NCBI GenBank assembly: GCA_963797915.1
Contig: CAWCRG010000010.1
Location: 218,672-282,671 of the forward strand
Length of the DNA stretch: 64,000 bases
Direction of reading: 5' to 3'
DNA from: Candidatus Sericytochromatia bacterium
GTDB lineage: Bacteria > Cyanobacteriota > Sericytochromatia > UBA7694
Part shown: positions 1-9,232 of the stretch, piece after piece
Layout: every line of letters starts with the position of its first letter
How positions within the stretch are numbered: the first letter of the stretch is position 1
Position numbers and translations under genes: made by a program
Notes under the pieces: generated by a model
Told to the model about the DNA's origin: nothing
Database searches by the model: none
Seen by the model: the letters and a program-made list of their open reading frames with translations, nothing else

Positions 1-397
1 TTACCGTGAACGCCGGCGCTACTGGCCAGAGCACACCCGCATGAATGATTTAAGCCGTGCCAAAAATCTGCGAGATTTCGATAACTTGATTACCGGCCCT
101 TCTTTTGGTTATCGTGATGCCCAGGATTATTACCAGCAAAACAGCGTTTTGCAATGGTGGGATCAGATTACTACCCCCACCCGCATTGTTTATGCCAGTG
201 ATGATCCTATTGTTCCTGTATCGTCTCACATCAAAGCCATGCAGATGGGTAATCCAGCGGTGCAATGGCTCATGACCAGCGAAGGCGGCCATGTGGGTTT
301 TTATAACCAAAAGAAACTCGCCCTGCAGGACCGAGATCGGCTCTGGGGCGAGAATCGTTTATTGGATTTTGCGGAAAGCTGCCTACGTTTAGTTTAA
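1..397 (+). CDS. alpha/beta hydrolase, YheT-like (C-terminal part; 5' end lies upstream of window)
   Basis: The frame is open from position 2 to the stop at 395-397. Translation shows 'GPSFGYRDAQDYYQQNSVL...DDPIVP...GGHVGF', the pattern of YheT/abhydrolase C-termini (family recalled from memory). Confidence 0.55.
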   Translation, partial: YRERRRYWPEHTRMNDLSRAKNLRDFDNLITGPSFGYRDAQDYYQQNSVLQWWDQITTPTRIVYASDDPIVPVSSHIKAMQMGNPAVQWLMTSEGGHVGFYNQKKLALQDRDRLWGENRLLDFAESCLRLV

Positions 398-1282
398 AAA
401 ACGACCGACGGCATCAACAAACTCAGGGTGATCGATATAGGGATTGCGGTTGCCCTGGGCCTGGAAAATTGCGTTATTGCGGGCAATTTCAGCGGCGTCT
501 ACGGGATCCTGTTTGTGCCATTGCAATAAAACGGGCTCTTCTACACGGAAGTTAGAGGTACTGGCGCTGCGACCATAGACGGTGTAAAAGTAGAGGAGTG
601 CGCGCGCCACGTTGCCCTTGTGCTGATCGCGGGGCTCAAATACGGTACGTCCGCGTTCATCGGAGCCCAGTTTGCTCTCACCAAAAGTTTTGTCTACACC
701 ACGAACAACACCAAAAGGGAATGAACTGCGCGCACTATTGGCTCTAATATCCGTAGGAAAAAGGTGATGCAAGTCAGACTTAGCGGGACCGCCACCAGCC
801 CCTTTGCTTTTGGGCCAGGTGTGCTCAGCATTTAAGCCTTCGCCATTGCGATAAGCGGTGCCCCGATCGTTGACCTTATCTAAACGACGGCCCGTGTAAA
901 CGCCTTCCACAACATCATCGTTGTCAAGGTCATCTACGGTTCCAAACATCACATCGCGTCCACCGGAGTAACCTAAATCTTTATGACGGGCCACAATACC
1001 GTTGAGACTAGACAACAGGCCCTGGCCGGTCTGCCCCTGAGCAGCGGCGTAATACCCGTCGGGTTCGCCAGTGGGCATGGTACTAAAGCTCGTAAAGCCA
1101 GGACGGGCAGCATTTGCACGCTGGGCTTGTAGAGGTGCATTCGCCATAAAGGCCTGGTTACCAGCAAAAGCAGCGGGAGCTGTGCGACTTCCACAAGCGG
1201 TAGTGCCCAAAGCCGTCATACCCACCAATAAAAGGGCACTGAGTAATTTAGCCGGTGTTTTGATTTTTAATGTGTTAAACAT
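389..1282 (-). CDS. secreted endonuclease I family nuclease (EndA/Vvn-like), lipoprotein-type signal peptide
   Basis: 297-aa ORF with an N-terminal 'LLLVGMTALGTTAC' lipobox. Motifs 'NAEHTWPKS' and 'DLHHLFPTD...N..RS..PFG' match the EH.WP and DLHxLVP...N.RS signatures of endonuclease I. Confidence 0.6.
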   Translation of the reverse strand: MFNTLKIKTPAKLLSALLLVGMTALGTTACGSRTAPAAFAGNQAFMANAPLQAQRANAARPGFTSFSTMPTGEPDGYYAAAQGQTGQGLLSSLNGIVARHKDLGYSGGRDVMFGTVDDLDNDDVVEGVYTGRRLDKVNDRGTAYRNGEGLNAEHTWPKSKGAGGGPAKSDLHHLFPTDIRANSARSSFPFGVVRGVDKTFGESKLGSDERGRTVFEPRDQHKGNVARALLYFYTVYGRSASTSNFRVEEPVLLQWHKQDPVDAAEIARNNAIFQAQGNRNPYIDHPEFVDAVGRFLN

Positions 1283-1505
1283 GATGAAAGTTCCTCTTTA
1301 CGCGATGTGATACCTTCATCATAAAGGATAAAAAAGCAGATTAAGCCGACATATTCAGATCTTAAACAAAGTTTAGCCACTTAATAAAAACATCTTTACC
1401 TTATGAAATTTTCAGCTCTTTTGCAGGGCCTTTTATCTTTACGTCGTCCTAAAAGGGTAGAGAAAGAGAAATAAAAAGCTCTATAATAAGCCCAATGTCA
1501 CAAAT

Positions 1506-2222
1506 ATGTTTCAACTATCAGCATTAAAGAGGCCTTCTATGTTAAAAGCGTTAGCGATTCTTTCTTTTTCCCTACTTTGCTTAGGCTCCCCTGCACTGGC
1601 CCAGGCGCCCGATATCAGTACAATGAACAGTGGCAGTGGAATCCAGCTCAGCCCCCTTCCCCAGTCCAACCAAAATCTCGACACCTATCAGTCGCTGAAT
1701 CAGGAAGGCACACCCTTATCGGTATCATTACGCATGACGAGCAACCCCCAACAAGCACGCGTATTTCACCCCAACGGCAAAGGCAAGCTGAGTGATCTAT
1801 TTTCGCCCTATGCTTACCAAAACGTGGTCAATACCCAGCTATTTCATCTGACGGTGCGCAATAACGAAGGGCGCATGCTGGCAGCTGATCAGTTAAAAAT
1901 TCAGGTTAGTCTCAATGGGCTGCCGTATACCTACCTTGATGCCAACACGCTGAAGCAGCAGTGGCGTCACTATTACTATCTCAACACCAATACCATTACC
2001 GGGGCGCCTGATTTTATGGAGCAAGAGCGCGCCATTACGGCTGAAAAGCATATCGATCAGCACAGTTTTAAAGCCATGGATTTACCCCCAGGGGGTCAAA
2101 GCACCGGATTAATCGCGATCCCAGCGCTGGAACAAGCCGGAAACGTGCGCATCAAAGTGACCCATATGGGACAATCTGTACCCCAGAGTTTTGTCTTCGA
2201 CTTTCAGGCAAAAGCCCTCTAA
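1506..2222 (+). CDS. hypothetical secreted protein
   Basis: 238-aa ORF with a signal peptide 'MLKALAILSFSLLCLGSPALAQA'; no recognisable domain. An alternative start at the Met at 1539 is possible. Confidence 0.5.
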   Translation: MFQLSALKRPSMLKALAILSFSLLCLGSPALAQAPDISTMNSGSGIQLSPLPQSNQNLDTYQSLNQEGTPLSVSLRMTSNPQQARVFHPNGKGKLSDLFSPYAYQNVVNTQLFHLTVRNNEGRMLAADQLKIQVSLNGLPYTYLDANTLKQQWRHYYYLNTNTITGAPDFMEQERAITAEKHIDQHSFKAMDLPPGGQSTGLIAIPALEQAGNVRIKVTHMGQSVPQSFVFDFQAKAL

Positions 2223-2251
2223 ATTAACCCCTATCCTTTCGGTTGTTTTCA

Positions 2252-2287
2252 AAAGACGCCGTGTTAACACACTGCGTCTTTTTTGCC
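2252..2287 (+). terminator. rho-independent terminator
   Basis: Stem AAGACGC / GCGTCTT around loop CGTGTTAACACACT, followed by TTTTTTG; lies downstream of the 1506-2222 CDS. Confidence 0.6.
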
Positions 2288-2339
2288 TTCTGATTCAAAA
2301 AAAGCAGGGGTTTTAACTTACAAAAGGCTTACAAAACCA

Positions 2340-2385
2340 GCCTTAATAACCTATGCAAAGGTAGGTAACATGCTACAATGAACGC
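2340..2385 (+). promoter_or_regulatory. candidate sigma70-type promoter upstream of korA (extended -10 TGCTACAAT)
   Basis: 'GGTAACATGCTACAATGA' at about 2365-2382 contains TGnTACAAT. This is a weak call from sequence only. Confidence 0.25.
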
Positions 2386-2471
2386 ACAATTTTCGGGAAA
2401 AAATCCCTGATTTTCGACATATTACTCCCTCCCGGAAACTCGAAACAACCAGAATAAAGGCTTAAATTATC

Positions 2472-4304
2472 ATGACAACCAAAGCACGCGTTGAGCTCGA
2501 TCGTGTCACCATTCGTTTCGCCGGTGATTCAGGCGATGGTATGCAGCTCACAGGCACTCAATTTACCAATACCTCTGCAATCGTCGGTAACGACCTCGCC
2601 ACATTCCCCGACTTCCCAGCCGAAATCCGCGCCCCCGCCGGTACGATTCCTGGCGTCTCCAGCTTCCAGGTCCAAATTGGGGAAATTGACATCCACACCC
2701 CCGGTGACGAACCCGACGTTTTGGTGGTCATGAACCCAGCAGCTCTTAAGGCGAACATCGCCATGCTTCCCAAAGGCGGCACCATTGTGGCCGACCTGTC
2801 TAGCTTTAGCAAAAACAATTTGCGCAAAGCCGGTTACGAAACCAACCCGCTCGAAGACGATTCTTTAGCAGGCTTTCATGTCATTGAAGTGGACATTACC
2901 AAACTTACCCTCAATGCCTTAGAAGAACTCGAACTTGATAATAAATCCAAAACCCGTTGTAAGAACTTCTGCGCCCTTGGCATGATGTACTGGATGTACA
3001 ATCGTCCCATGGGCCCCACCGACGAGTGGATTGAACGCAAATTCGGTCGCAAGCCCGTGCTGGTAGAAGCCAATAAGCTGGCCATGATGGCCGGTTACAA
3101 TTATGCCAACACCACCGATTTAATGCCCCGTTCTTTTGAAATTAAGCCCGCAGACATCGCTCCAGGCACCTACCGCAGTATTGCGGGTAACCAGGCGCTG
3201 GCTTATGGCCTGATCGCCGGTGCAAAAATGGCGAGCTTGCCTCTATTTTTGGGCACCTATCCCATTACCCCGGCCAGCGACATTCTCCATGAATTAGCCA
3301 AACACAAAGAGTTTGGCGTCATCACCTTCCAGGCCGAAGACGAAATTGCGGCGGTTTGCGCGGCAATTGGCGCGAGCTACGGCGGCGGTCTGGCCATCAC
3401 CTCTACCTCTGGTCCCGGTATGGCTCTAAAAGCTGAGGCCATTGGTCTGGCAGTAAAAACTGAATTACCCCTGGTGATTGTAAACGTACAACGGGCAGGC
3501 CCTTCTACCGGTATGCCCACCAAAACCGAACAATCGGATCTGCTCCAGTCCATGTACGGGCGCAACGGTGAATCTCCGCTGTGTATTATCTCTTGCAGCC
3601 GCCCAACGGACTGCTTCGATACCGCCATGGAAGCCGTACGTATTGCACTGACGTTTATGACCCCGGTTATTCTGCTGTCTGATGGATATATTGCAAACGG
3701 TACCGGCCCCTGGAAAATCCCCGATCCGGCGACTTTTAAACCCACGCAAATTCATCGCCCGACGGATCCCAGTGAGTTTAAGCCTTACCAAAGAGACGAA
3801 GAGCATCTCGCACGCCCCTGGGCCGTTCCTGGAATGCCTGGCTTTGAGCACCGCATCGGTGGCTTAGAGGGACAAGAAGGAACCGGTAACGTTTCTTACG
3901 ATCCCCTCAATCACGAGAAAATGAGCCATACCCGCGAAGCCAAAATTCAGAATATTGCCAACTTTATTCCTGAGCAAGAAGTCTTTGGCCCCGAGTCTGG
4001 TGACCTGTTGGTGATTAGCTGGGGCGGAACCTATGGTTCTGTGTTCTCTGCAGTCAACAAGGCCCAAAAAGAAGGCAAGTCTGTGGCCCACGCTCACGTG
4101 CGCTACATCAATCCGCTGCCCCGCAACTTAGAAGCCATGATGAAGCGCTATAAGCGTATTCTGGTGCCTGAGTTGAATATGGGCCAACTGTCTCGCATTC
4201 TTCAGTCCACCTATGGCATTGAAGTCGAAACCGTAAACAAAATTCAAGGATTACCCTTTAAAATCACTGAATTAACCGACGCCATTGACGCGTTATTGGC
4301 ATAG
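2472..4304 (+). CDS. korA: 2-oxoacid:ferredoxin (acceptor) oxidoreductase alpha subunit (fused gamma+alpha domains), KorA
   Basis: 610-aa ORF. The N-terminus 'IRFAGDSGDGMQLTG' is a gamma-domain signature, and the pyruvate/2-oxoglutarate:ferredoxin oxidoreductase (OFOR) alpha core contains 'GNQALAYGLIAGA'. The beta subunit follows immediately. Confidence 0.85.
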   Translation: MTTKARVELDRVTIRFAGDSGDGMQLTGTQFTNTSAIVGNDLATFPDFPAEIRAPAGTIPGVSSFQVQIGEIDIHTPGDEPDVLVVMNPAALKANIAMLPKGGTIVADLSSFSKNNLRKAGYETNPLEDDSLAGFHVIEVDITKLTLNALEELELDNKSKTRCKNFCALGMMYWMYNRPMGPTDEWIERKFGRKPVLVEANKLAMMAGYNYANTTDLMPRSFEIKPADIAPGTYRSIAGNQALAYGLIAGAKMASLPLFLGTYPITPASDILHELAKHKEFGVITFQAEDEIAAVCAAIGASYGGGLAITSTSGPGMALKAEAIGLAVKTELPLVIVNVQRAGPSTGMPTKTEQSDLLQSMYGRNGESPLCIISCSRPTDCFDTAMEAVRIALTFMTPVILLSDGYIANGTGPWKIPDPATFKPTQIHRPTDPSEFKPYQRDEEHLARPWAVPGMPGFEHRIGGLEGQEGTGNVSYDPLNHEKMSHTREAKIQNIANFIPEQEVFGPESGDLLVISWGGTYGSVFSAVNKAQKEGKSVAHAHVRYINPLPRNLEAMMKRYKRILVPELNMGQLSRILQSTYGIEVETVNKIQGLPFKITELTDAIDALLA

Positions 4305-4317
4305 AGAGGAATACATC

Positions 4318-5342
4318 ATGTCAGAAACTACAACCTTAACGAAAAAAGACTTTAAATCCAATCAGGACATCCGTTGGTGTCCCGGCTGTGGGGATTATGC
4401 AGTCCTTAACGCAGTTCAGGCTGCCTTACCTGAATTGGGCATTCCCAAAGAGAAGTTTGCCATTATTTCAGGAATCGGTTGTTCTTCACGGTTCCCCTAT
4501 TATATGGACACCTACGGGTTTCACACCATTCATGGTCGGGCAGCAGCCGTCGCTACAGGACTAAAGCTAACCAACCCCAGTTTGTCTGTCTGGATGATTA
4601 CCGGCGACGGAGACTCCATGTCCATTGGTGGCAATCACTTTATTCACCTGATTCGCCGGAACGTCGATATTAACCTGTTGTTATTCAACAACGAAATTTA
4701 TGGTTTAACCAAAGGTCAGTACTCTCCCACCAGCCAGGAAGGGATTGTGACCAAGTCTACCCCTTATGGCTCCGTAGACCGTAACTTTTCGGCCTCTCGT
4801 CTTGCCATGGGCGCTGAGTCCACCTTCTTTGCCCGGACTTTAGACACTGATCCGAAGTATATGCAAGAAATCTTCTTACGCGCTGCGGCTCACAATGGCA
4901 CCTCTATCGTGGAAATTCTGCAAAACTGCGTGATCTTTAACGACAAAACCCACGGCTGGACCACCGAGCGCTCGACGCAGGCTGACCACCAGCTGCGCCT
5001 CGAAAACGGCAAGCCCATGATTTTTGGTGCTGACGAAAACAAAGGCATTCGTCTGAATGGCTTTAAACCCGAAGTGGTCACCCTTGGTGAAGATGGCATC
5101 ACAGAAGCTGATATATTGGTTCATGATGAAACCGATGCGGATATCGGCTATATTCTGACGAAGATGACAGCCCCTGAATTCCCCACGCCGTTAGGTGTTT
5201 TTAGAGCCGTTACTGGCCCGTTTATAACGAGCAAGTGCAAACCCAAATCGACGCCGTACGCGAGAAAAAAGGCGAAGGCAGCTTGCAAAATCTACTATTC
5301 TCAGGAGACACCTGGGAGGTCAAAGGAGAAACAAATGCCTAA
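4318..5342 (+). CDS. korB: 2-oxoacid:ferredoxin oxidoreductase beta subunit KorB (TPP-binding) with an apparent -1 frameshift near 5212-5220
   Basis: The SD sequence GAGAGG precedes the ATG at 4318, and 'CPGCGDYAVLNAVQ...GIGCSSRFPYY...GDGDSMSIGGNH' is the TPP-binding beta signature. Frame 1 reads ...PTPLGVFRAVTG, then the conserved KorB C-terminus 'PVYNEQVQTQIDAVREKKGEGSLQNLLFSGDTWEVKGETNA*' continues in frame 3 from 5217 to the stop at 5340-5342. The junction lies in a GGCCC run. The 927-aa ORF in the supplied track is a frame-1 read-through chimera. Confidence 0.7.
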
Positions 5343-7068
5343 AGCGCTTCTGCTGGCTCTGTGTACATCTTTAACGTTGAGTGCCTGTGTTACCGCGCAG
5401 CCCAAAGACACCCCCGAAGATAAACCAGAGGTAAGCACTGCTACGCCCCTGACTCCACCGGCTGCAGACGATTCCGATGCCCTCTTTGCTTACGCGTTGG
5501 CCCTTGAAGGCCAGGGCAAAGAGCAAGAAGCTATTGCGTATTATTTGCAAGCGACTCAGGTCAAGCCTGAGTTTTTAAAAGCTCACATTGCTTTAGCCCA
5601 GTTATATACCAAATATAACCGCAGCGAAGAAGCCAAAGTGGCCTACGAAAACGTGCTTCGTCTGGATCGTAACCACCCGTTTGTCGCCCTCTATAAAGAG
5701 GCCCGTTTGAAGTATTACAGTGCGAGCAATATTGCGCAAAACGAAGAGTATGCAAAGGCCTTAAAGCTGCTCAGCGAAGCGCCTAAAAATACACCTTTGG
5801 ACACCGAAATTGCAGCCAAAGCCAAGCTCTGGGAAGCCGAGATTAAAAACGACAGTCAAAAAGATCAGCAACGTCAGGTGGTAGAGGCGGCTTCGCTATT
5901 GGCCTATCAAGGCAAATATACAGAAGCCGTTGCGAAAATTCGCACCGCCCCGGACGGAGATGATGAAAATGTACAGCGTAAAATTGCCCAATGGCAAGAG
6001 GCCATGAGCAAAGGCGACTCAACGCCACCGGCTTCTTCGGCGCCAGAAATTAGCACCGATAGAAACGCCCGCTATATTATTGGAGACAAAGTCAACTTGA
6101 GACAGTCGCCCTATCTCTATGCCGAGTCTTTAGAAGTGCTCAATAATAATAACCCGGTGGAGCTCCTGCTCGACAAGGGCTATGAGGCCGATGGTTACCA
6201 GTGGAGCAAGGTGCGTAGCAAAGGGGGCAAAGTCGGTTGGGTAGCCTCAAACCTACTTAAAACCAGCCTTGCTCAGGTTGCAGCACGTCCGACCCCACTG
6301 CCCACCAGTCCGCAACAGGTCGCTCAACAGGCGGGAACGAGCGATAGTGGTGAAACCTACGGAACCCGTTACGTCAGCGGAGACATGGTCAACGTACGCC
6401 GTTCTCCCTCACTCAACGGCACCCTTGTCAGTCGCGCCCGTCAGGGTTCGGCAGTCATTCTCATGTCGGCCCGTGATCTCAGCGCCGATGGTTATAATTG
6501 GCGTAAAATTCGCCTGTCTGACGGCCAAATTGGCTGGATTGCCAGTGACTTCTTAGGCGCTCAGCCCGTCGGTCAGCCGACAAGCCAAGCGACGACGAGC
6601 ACACCCGCCGCCACCAAAACCCGTTACGCCTATGTATCAGGCACGGGTGTCAACGTACGCAGTGGCCCTGAGACCAGTGCCAGTATTGTCACCCAACTTT
6701 CAGCCCCCGAAAAAGTGGTGATGGGCAATATTGCACCGGTAAAAAAAGACGGTTACGTCTGGCAACAAATCACCGCGGGTGATAAAACCGGTTGGATTGT
6801 CACCCAGTTTTTGAGTGCCAAACCGGTCACAGGCGGAAGCGCAAGTAGCAGTACGACCGCTGCGGCCACTCGCCATATACGCGGCGATAAAGTAAATATT
6901 CGCAAAGAAGCGGGAATTGGTAAAGCCCTATTGACCCAACTCAGTGAAGGTTCAGAAGTCGTACTCCTGACCACCAGCCCCCTCAAAAAAGATGGCTATA
7001 ACTGGTACAAAATTCGCACTTCAAAAGGCGAAATTGGCTGGGTAGCCGGAGACTTTTTAGGGCGTTAG
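5335..7068 (+). CDS. lipoprotein with TPR-like region and four C-terminal bacterial SH3 (SH3b) repeats
   Basis: ATG at 5335 is preceded by AAAGGAG, and 'LLLALCTSLTLSAC' is a lipobox. TPR-like helices are followed by a ~65-aa unit repeated four times, 'GD.VN.R..P......V.......K.DGY.W.KIR...G.IGW.A.DFL', typical of SH3b. Confidence 0.65.
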   Translation: MPKALLLALCTSLTLSACVTAQPKDTPEDKPEVSTATPLTPPAADDSDALFAYALALEGQGKEQEAIAYYLQATQVKPEFLKAHIALAQLYTKYNRSEEAKVAYENVLRLDRNHPFVALYKEARLKYYSASNIAQNEEYAKALKLLSEAPKNTPLDTEIAAKAKLWEAEIKNDSQKDQQRQVVEAASLLAYQGKYTEAVAKIRTAPDGDDENVQRKIAQWQEAMSKGDSTPPASSAPEISTDRNARYIIGDKVNLRQSPYLYAESLEVLNNNNPVELLLDKGYEADGYQWSKVRSKGGKVGWVASNLLKTSLAQVAARPTPLPTSPQQVAQQAGTSDSGETYGTRYVSGDMVNVRRSPSLNGTLVSRARQGSAVILMSARDLSADGYNWRKIRLSDGQIGWIASDFLGAQPVGQPTSQATTSTPAATKTRYAYVSGTGVNVRSGPETSASIVTQLSAPEKVVMGNIAPVKKDGYVWQQITAGDKTGWIVTQFLSAKPVTGGSASSSTTAAATRHIRGDKVNIRKEAGIGKALLTQLSEGSEVVLLTTSPLKKDGYNWYKIRTSKGEIGWVAGDFLGR

Positions 7069-7084
7069 TTCTTTATTTTTATCT

Positions 7085-7121
7085 AAAGCGCCTTGCTTAC
7101 TTAAGTTAAGGCGCTTTTTGC
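7085..7121. terminator. bidirectional hairpin between convergent genes
   Basis: Stem AAAGCGCCTT / AAGGCGCTTT with loop GCTTACTTAAGTT, then TTTTG on the plus strand. It sits between the stop of the 5335-7068 CDS and the stop of the minus-strand GGDEF gene at 7136. Confidence 0.5.
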
Positions 7122-7135
7122 AGGATTAAAGGGCA

Positions 7136-9232
7136 TTACCCCAGATTCGTATACGCCGAGAGTTGCTCGGAATAGGCGGTGGTGCAGTTACGCCCTTTGT
7201 GCTTAGAGGCGTAAAGGGCAGTGTCAGCCAGTTGAATCAGTGTTTCTTTGTCATCGGCTTGTGCAGGGAACGCAGCACACCCCAGACTAATGGTGATTTT
7301 TAGCTTATTGCCTTCATGGTAAACAAAGCTGTCTTCGACGGCCTTTCGTAAGCGCTCGGCCACCTGCACAGAACCGGCCAGGTCGGTGTCAGGCATGACA
7401 ATGGCAAATTCCTCTCCCCCGTAGCGCGCAGCCATATCTAAGCCATCGCGAATGCAGCCTTTGGCCACCGCAGCGACTTTCTGAATCACCCAATCGCCCA
7501 CCTGGTGACCATAGGTATCGTTAAATCGTTTAAAGTGATCGATATCAAAGAGCAATAGGGCCATACTGCTCTTGGTGCGCAAGGTACGCTTCATTTCTTG
7601 TTCTAAATGGTCATCAAAATAGCGACGAATAAACAACTGGGTGAGACCATCGGTAATGGAGCGCTCATACAGTTCAGCATTTTGTACCGCAATGGCCACC
7701 TGACCCGCCAGATGATTCACTTTGGTTAAGTCTTCTTCCGTAAAACCTGCGCCTTTATTATCTAAGCTAACCACCCCAAGAATAGCGTCTCCCACCTTCA
7801 AGGGAATGCAGATCATATTCCAAATGCGTTTGTCCATTTGCTGAAAGCGATAGGTTTTAAAACGCTTATCGTTTTGGGTATCATTACAAATCACCGGCTC
7901 CCCTGAGCGGGCGACCTCACCAGCAATGCCTTCACCAAAAGCAAAACTGATTTCCTCTAACACATTTTCGGGTTGTTCACTTTGCATGGGGTCATACACC
8001 ACTTTGAGCAATAACTGCTCCTGGGCTTTGTCCACCATCATAATCGATCCTTTTTGGGCATTGACCGAGTGGATAATAATCATCAACACTTCTTTAAGAA
8101 GCTCATTGCCCACCTTGCGAATAATCGCCTGATTCAGCTGATCGCGTACCATCAGATTGTCGATCATGACTTCTTTTTGCTCTAGCGTCGATTTAATTTC
8201 GCGGCGCATGGCGTCTAAGTGATCGGCCAGCCCCCCGAGTTCATCTTTGCTAGCCAAATGAATGGGATCGTCGAGTTCTCCGCGCTCTACCTTACGGGCG
8301 GCCTGCACCAGATAAACAATATACTGCACCAGACGGCGAGAGAGCCCCAAAGCACTCAAGAGCGCTAGCAGAGCTGCCACCACCGCAATCAAATAGAGTA
8401 AATTACGCAGTGAGTCAATCACCGCCAGCATATTGCGGGTTTCTACCGCCACGCCAAGCTGATACAGTCCGTTGCGGGCATTGCTCTGCCGAGTCGCCAG
8501 TACATAGTCCGGCTTGCTTTTGAGGTTTAAATCGTTTTGTAAATAGCGCTCAATGAGCGACCGACTGGTATCTTCATCAAGGGTAGAGGCCAGCAGCGTC
8601 AAGGATTGATCTTTGGCACGGCCTTTAAAAAACATCACTTCTGAAACCGCAATTTTTCGAATTTCGTCTGCCAGGCGATCACTGACGTTAAAAGACAAGG
8701 TGACCGCTCCAATGGCGCGGGGCTGCCCCGGATAAAAAATGGGCAAAGCGGTCGCAATGCGTAACTGATTATCGGCGAAAAAGCGAGATACTTTAAACTC
8801 ATTGCGACGCAGCGCAGTGTATATCATGCGATCGGGCACTTGCTGTGTGCGCTTTTTAGGCTCACTGACCACCGCCTGCCCGGACTCATCAAAGACCTCG
8901 ATCACGGTGCCGTACAGCGTCAACTGTAAATCCTGATTCAGGGTACTGAGTTCATTGATGAGCGCAATTTTATCGCGACTGCGCAACAGATCTTGAATTT
9001 GTTGGGTTTGCGCCACAACACGCCCTTTTAACAAGAGGTCTTCGGTGTATTGCTGCAGTACATTTTCCACCACCGTTACACCGTCATTGACCCGCTGCTG
9101 CAGAATATCTTCCATACGATCGGTGAGCACATTCGAAATCCACACCACCGATACGAGCGCAGGCACGGTCGAAACGAGCATAAACAAAAGCGGTAAACGC
9201 ACCCGTATAGAGCGAAAGTTAAAGGGCATCAT
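7136..9232 (-). CDS. membrane-bound sensor diguanylate cyclase (two TM + periplasmic sensor domain, HAMP, GAF, GGDEF)
   Basis: 698-aa ORF. TM1 is 'LLFMLVSTVPALVSVVWISNVL', followed by a ~240-aa periplasmic segment, TM2 'LLYLIAVVAALLALLSALGL', a GAF-like region and GGDEF with an intact 'RYGGEEF' active site. Confidence 0.85.
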   Translation of the reverse strand: MMPFNFRSIRVRLPLLFMLVSTVPALVSVVWISNVLTDRMEDILQQRVNDGVTVVENVLQQYTEDLLLKGRVVAQTQQIQDLLRSRDKIALINELSTLNQDLQLTLYGTVIEVFDESGQAVVSEPKKRTQQVPDRMIYTALRRNEFKVSRFFADNQLRIATALPIFYPGQPRAIGAVTLSFNVSDRLADEIRKIAVSEVMFFKGRAKDQSLTLLASTLDEDTSRSLIERYLQNDLNLKSKPDYVLATRQSNARNGLYQLGVAVETRNMLAVIDSLRNLLYLIAVVAALLALLSALGLSRRLVQYIVYLVQAARKVERGELDDPIHLASKDELGGLADHLDAMRREIKSTLEQKEVMIDNLMVRDQLNQAIIRKVGNELLKEVLMIIIHSVNAQKGSIMMVDKAQEQLLLKVVYDPMQSEQPENVLEEISFAFGEGIAGEVARSGEPVICNDTQNDKRFKTYRFQQMDKRIWNMICIPLKVGDAILGVVSLDNKGAGFTEEDLTKVNHLAGQVAIAVQNAELYERSITDGLTQLFIRRYFDDHLEQEMKRTLRTKSSMALLLFDIDHFKRFNDTYGHQVGDWVIQKVAAVAKGCIRDGLDMAARYGGEEFAIVMPDTDLAGSVQVAERLRKAVEDSFVYHEGNKLKITISLGCAAFPAQADDKETLIQLADTALYASKHKGRNCTTAYSEQLSAYTNLG

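Noticed and set aside
4285-7068. Single 927-aa ORF suggesting a KorB-TPR-SH3b fusion protein
   Set aside because: The conserved KorB C-terminus and its stop are present in the -1 frame. A separate SD + ATG + lipobox begins the downstream gene. The long ORF arises from frame-1 read-through after a 1-nt frame break.
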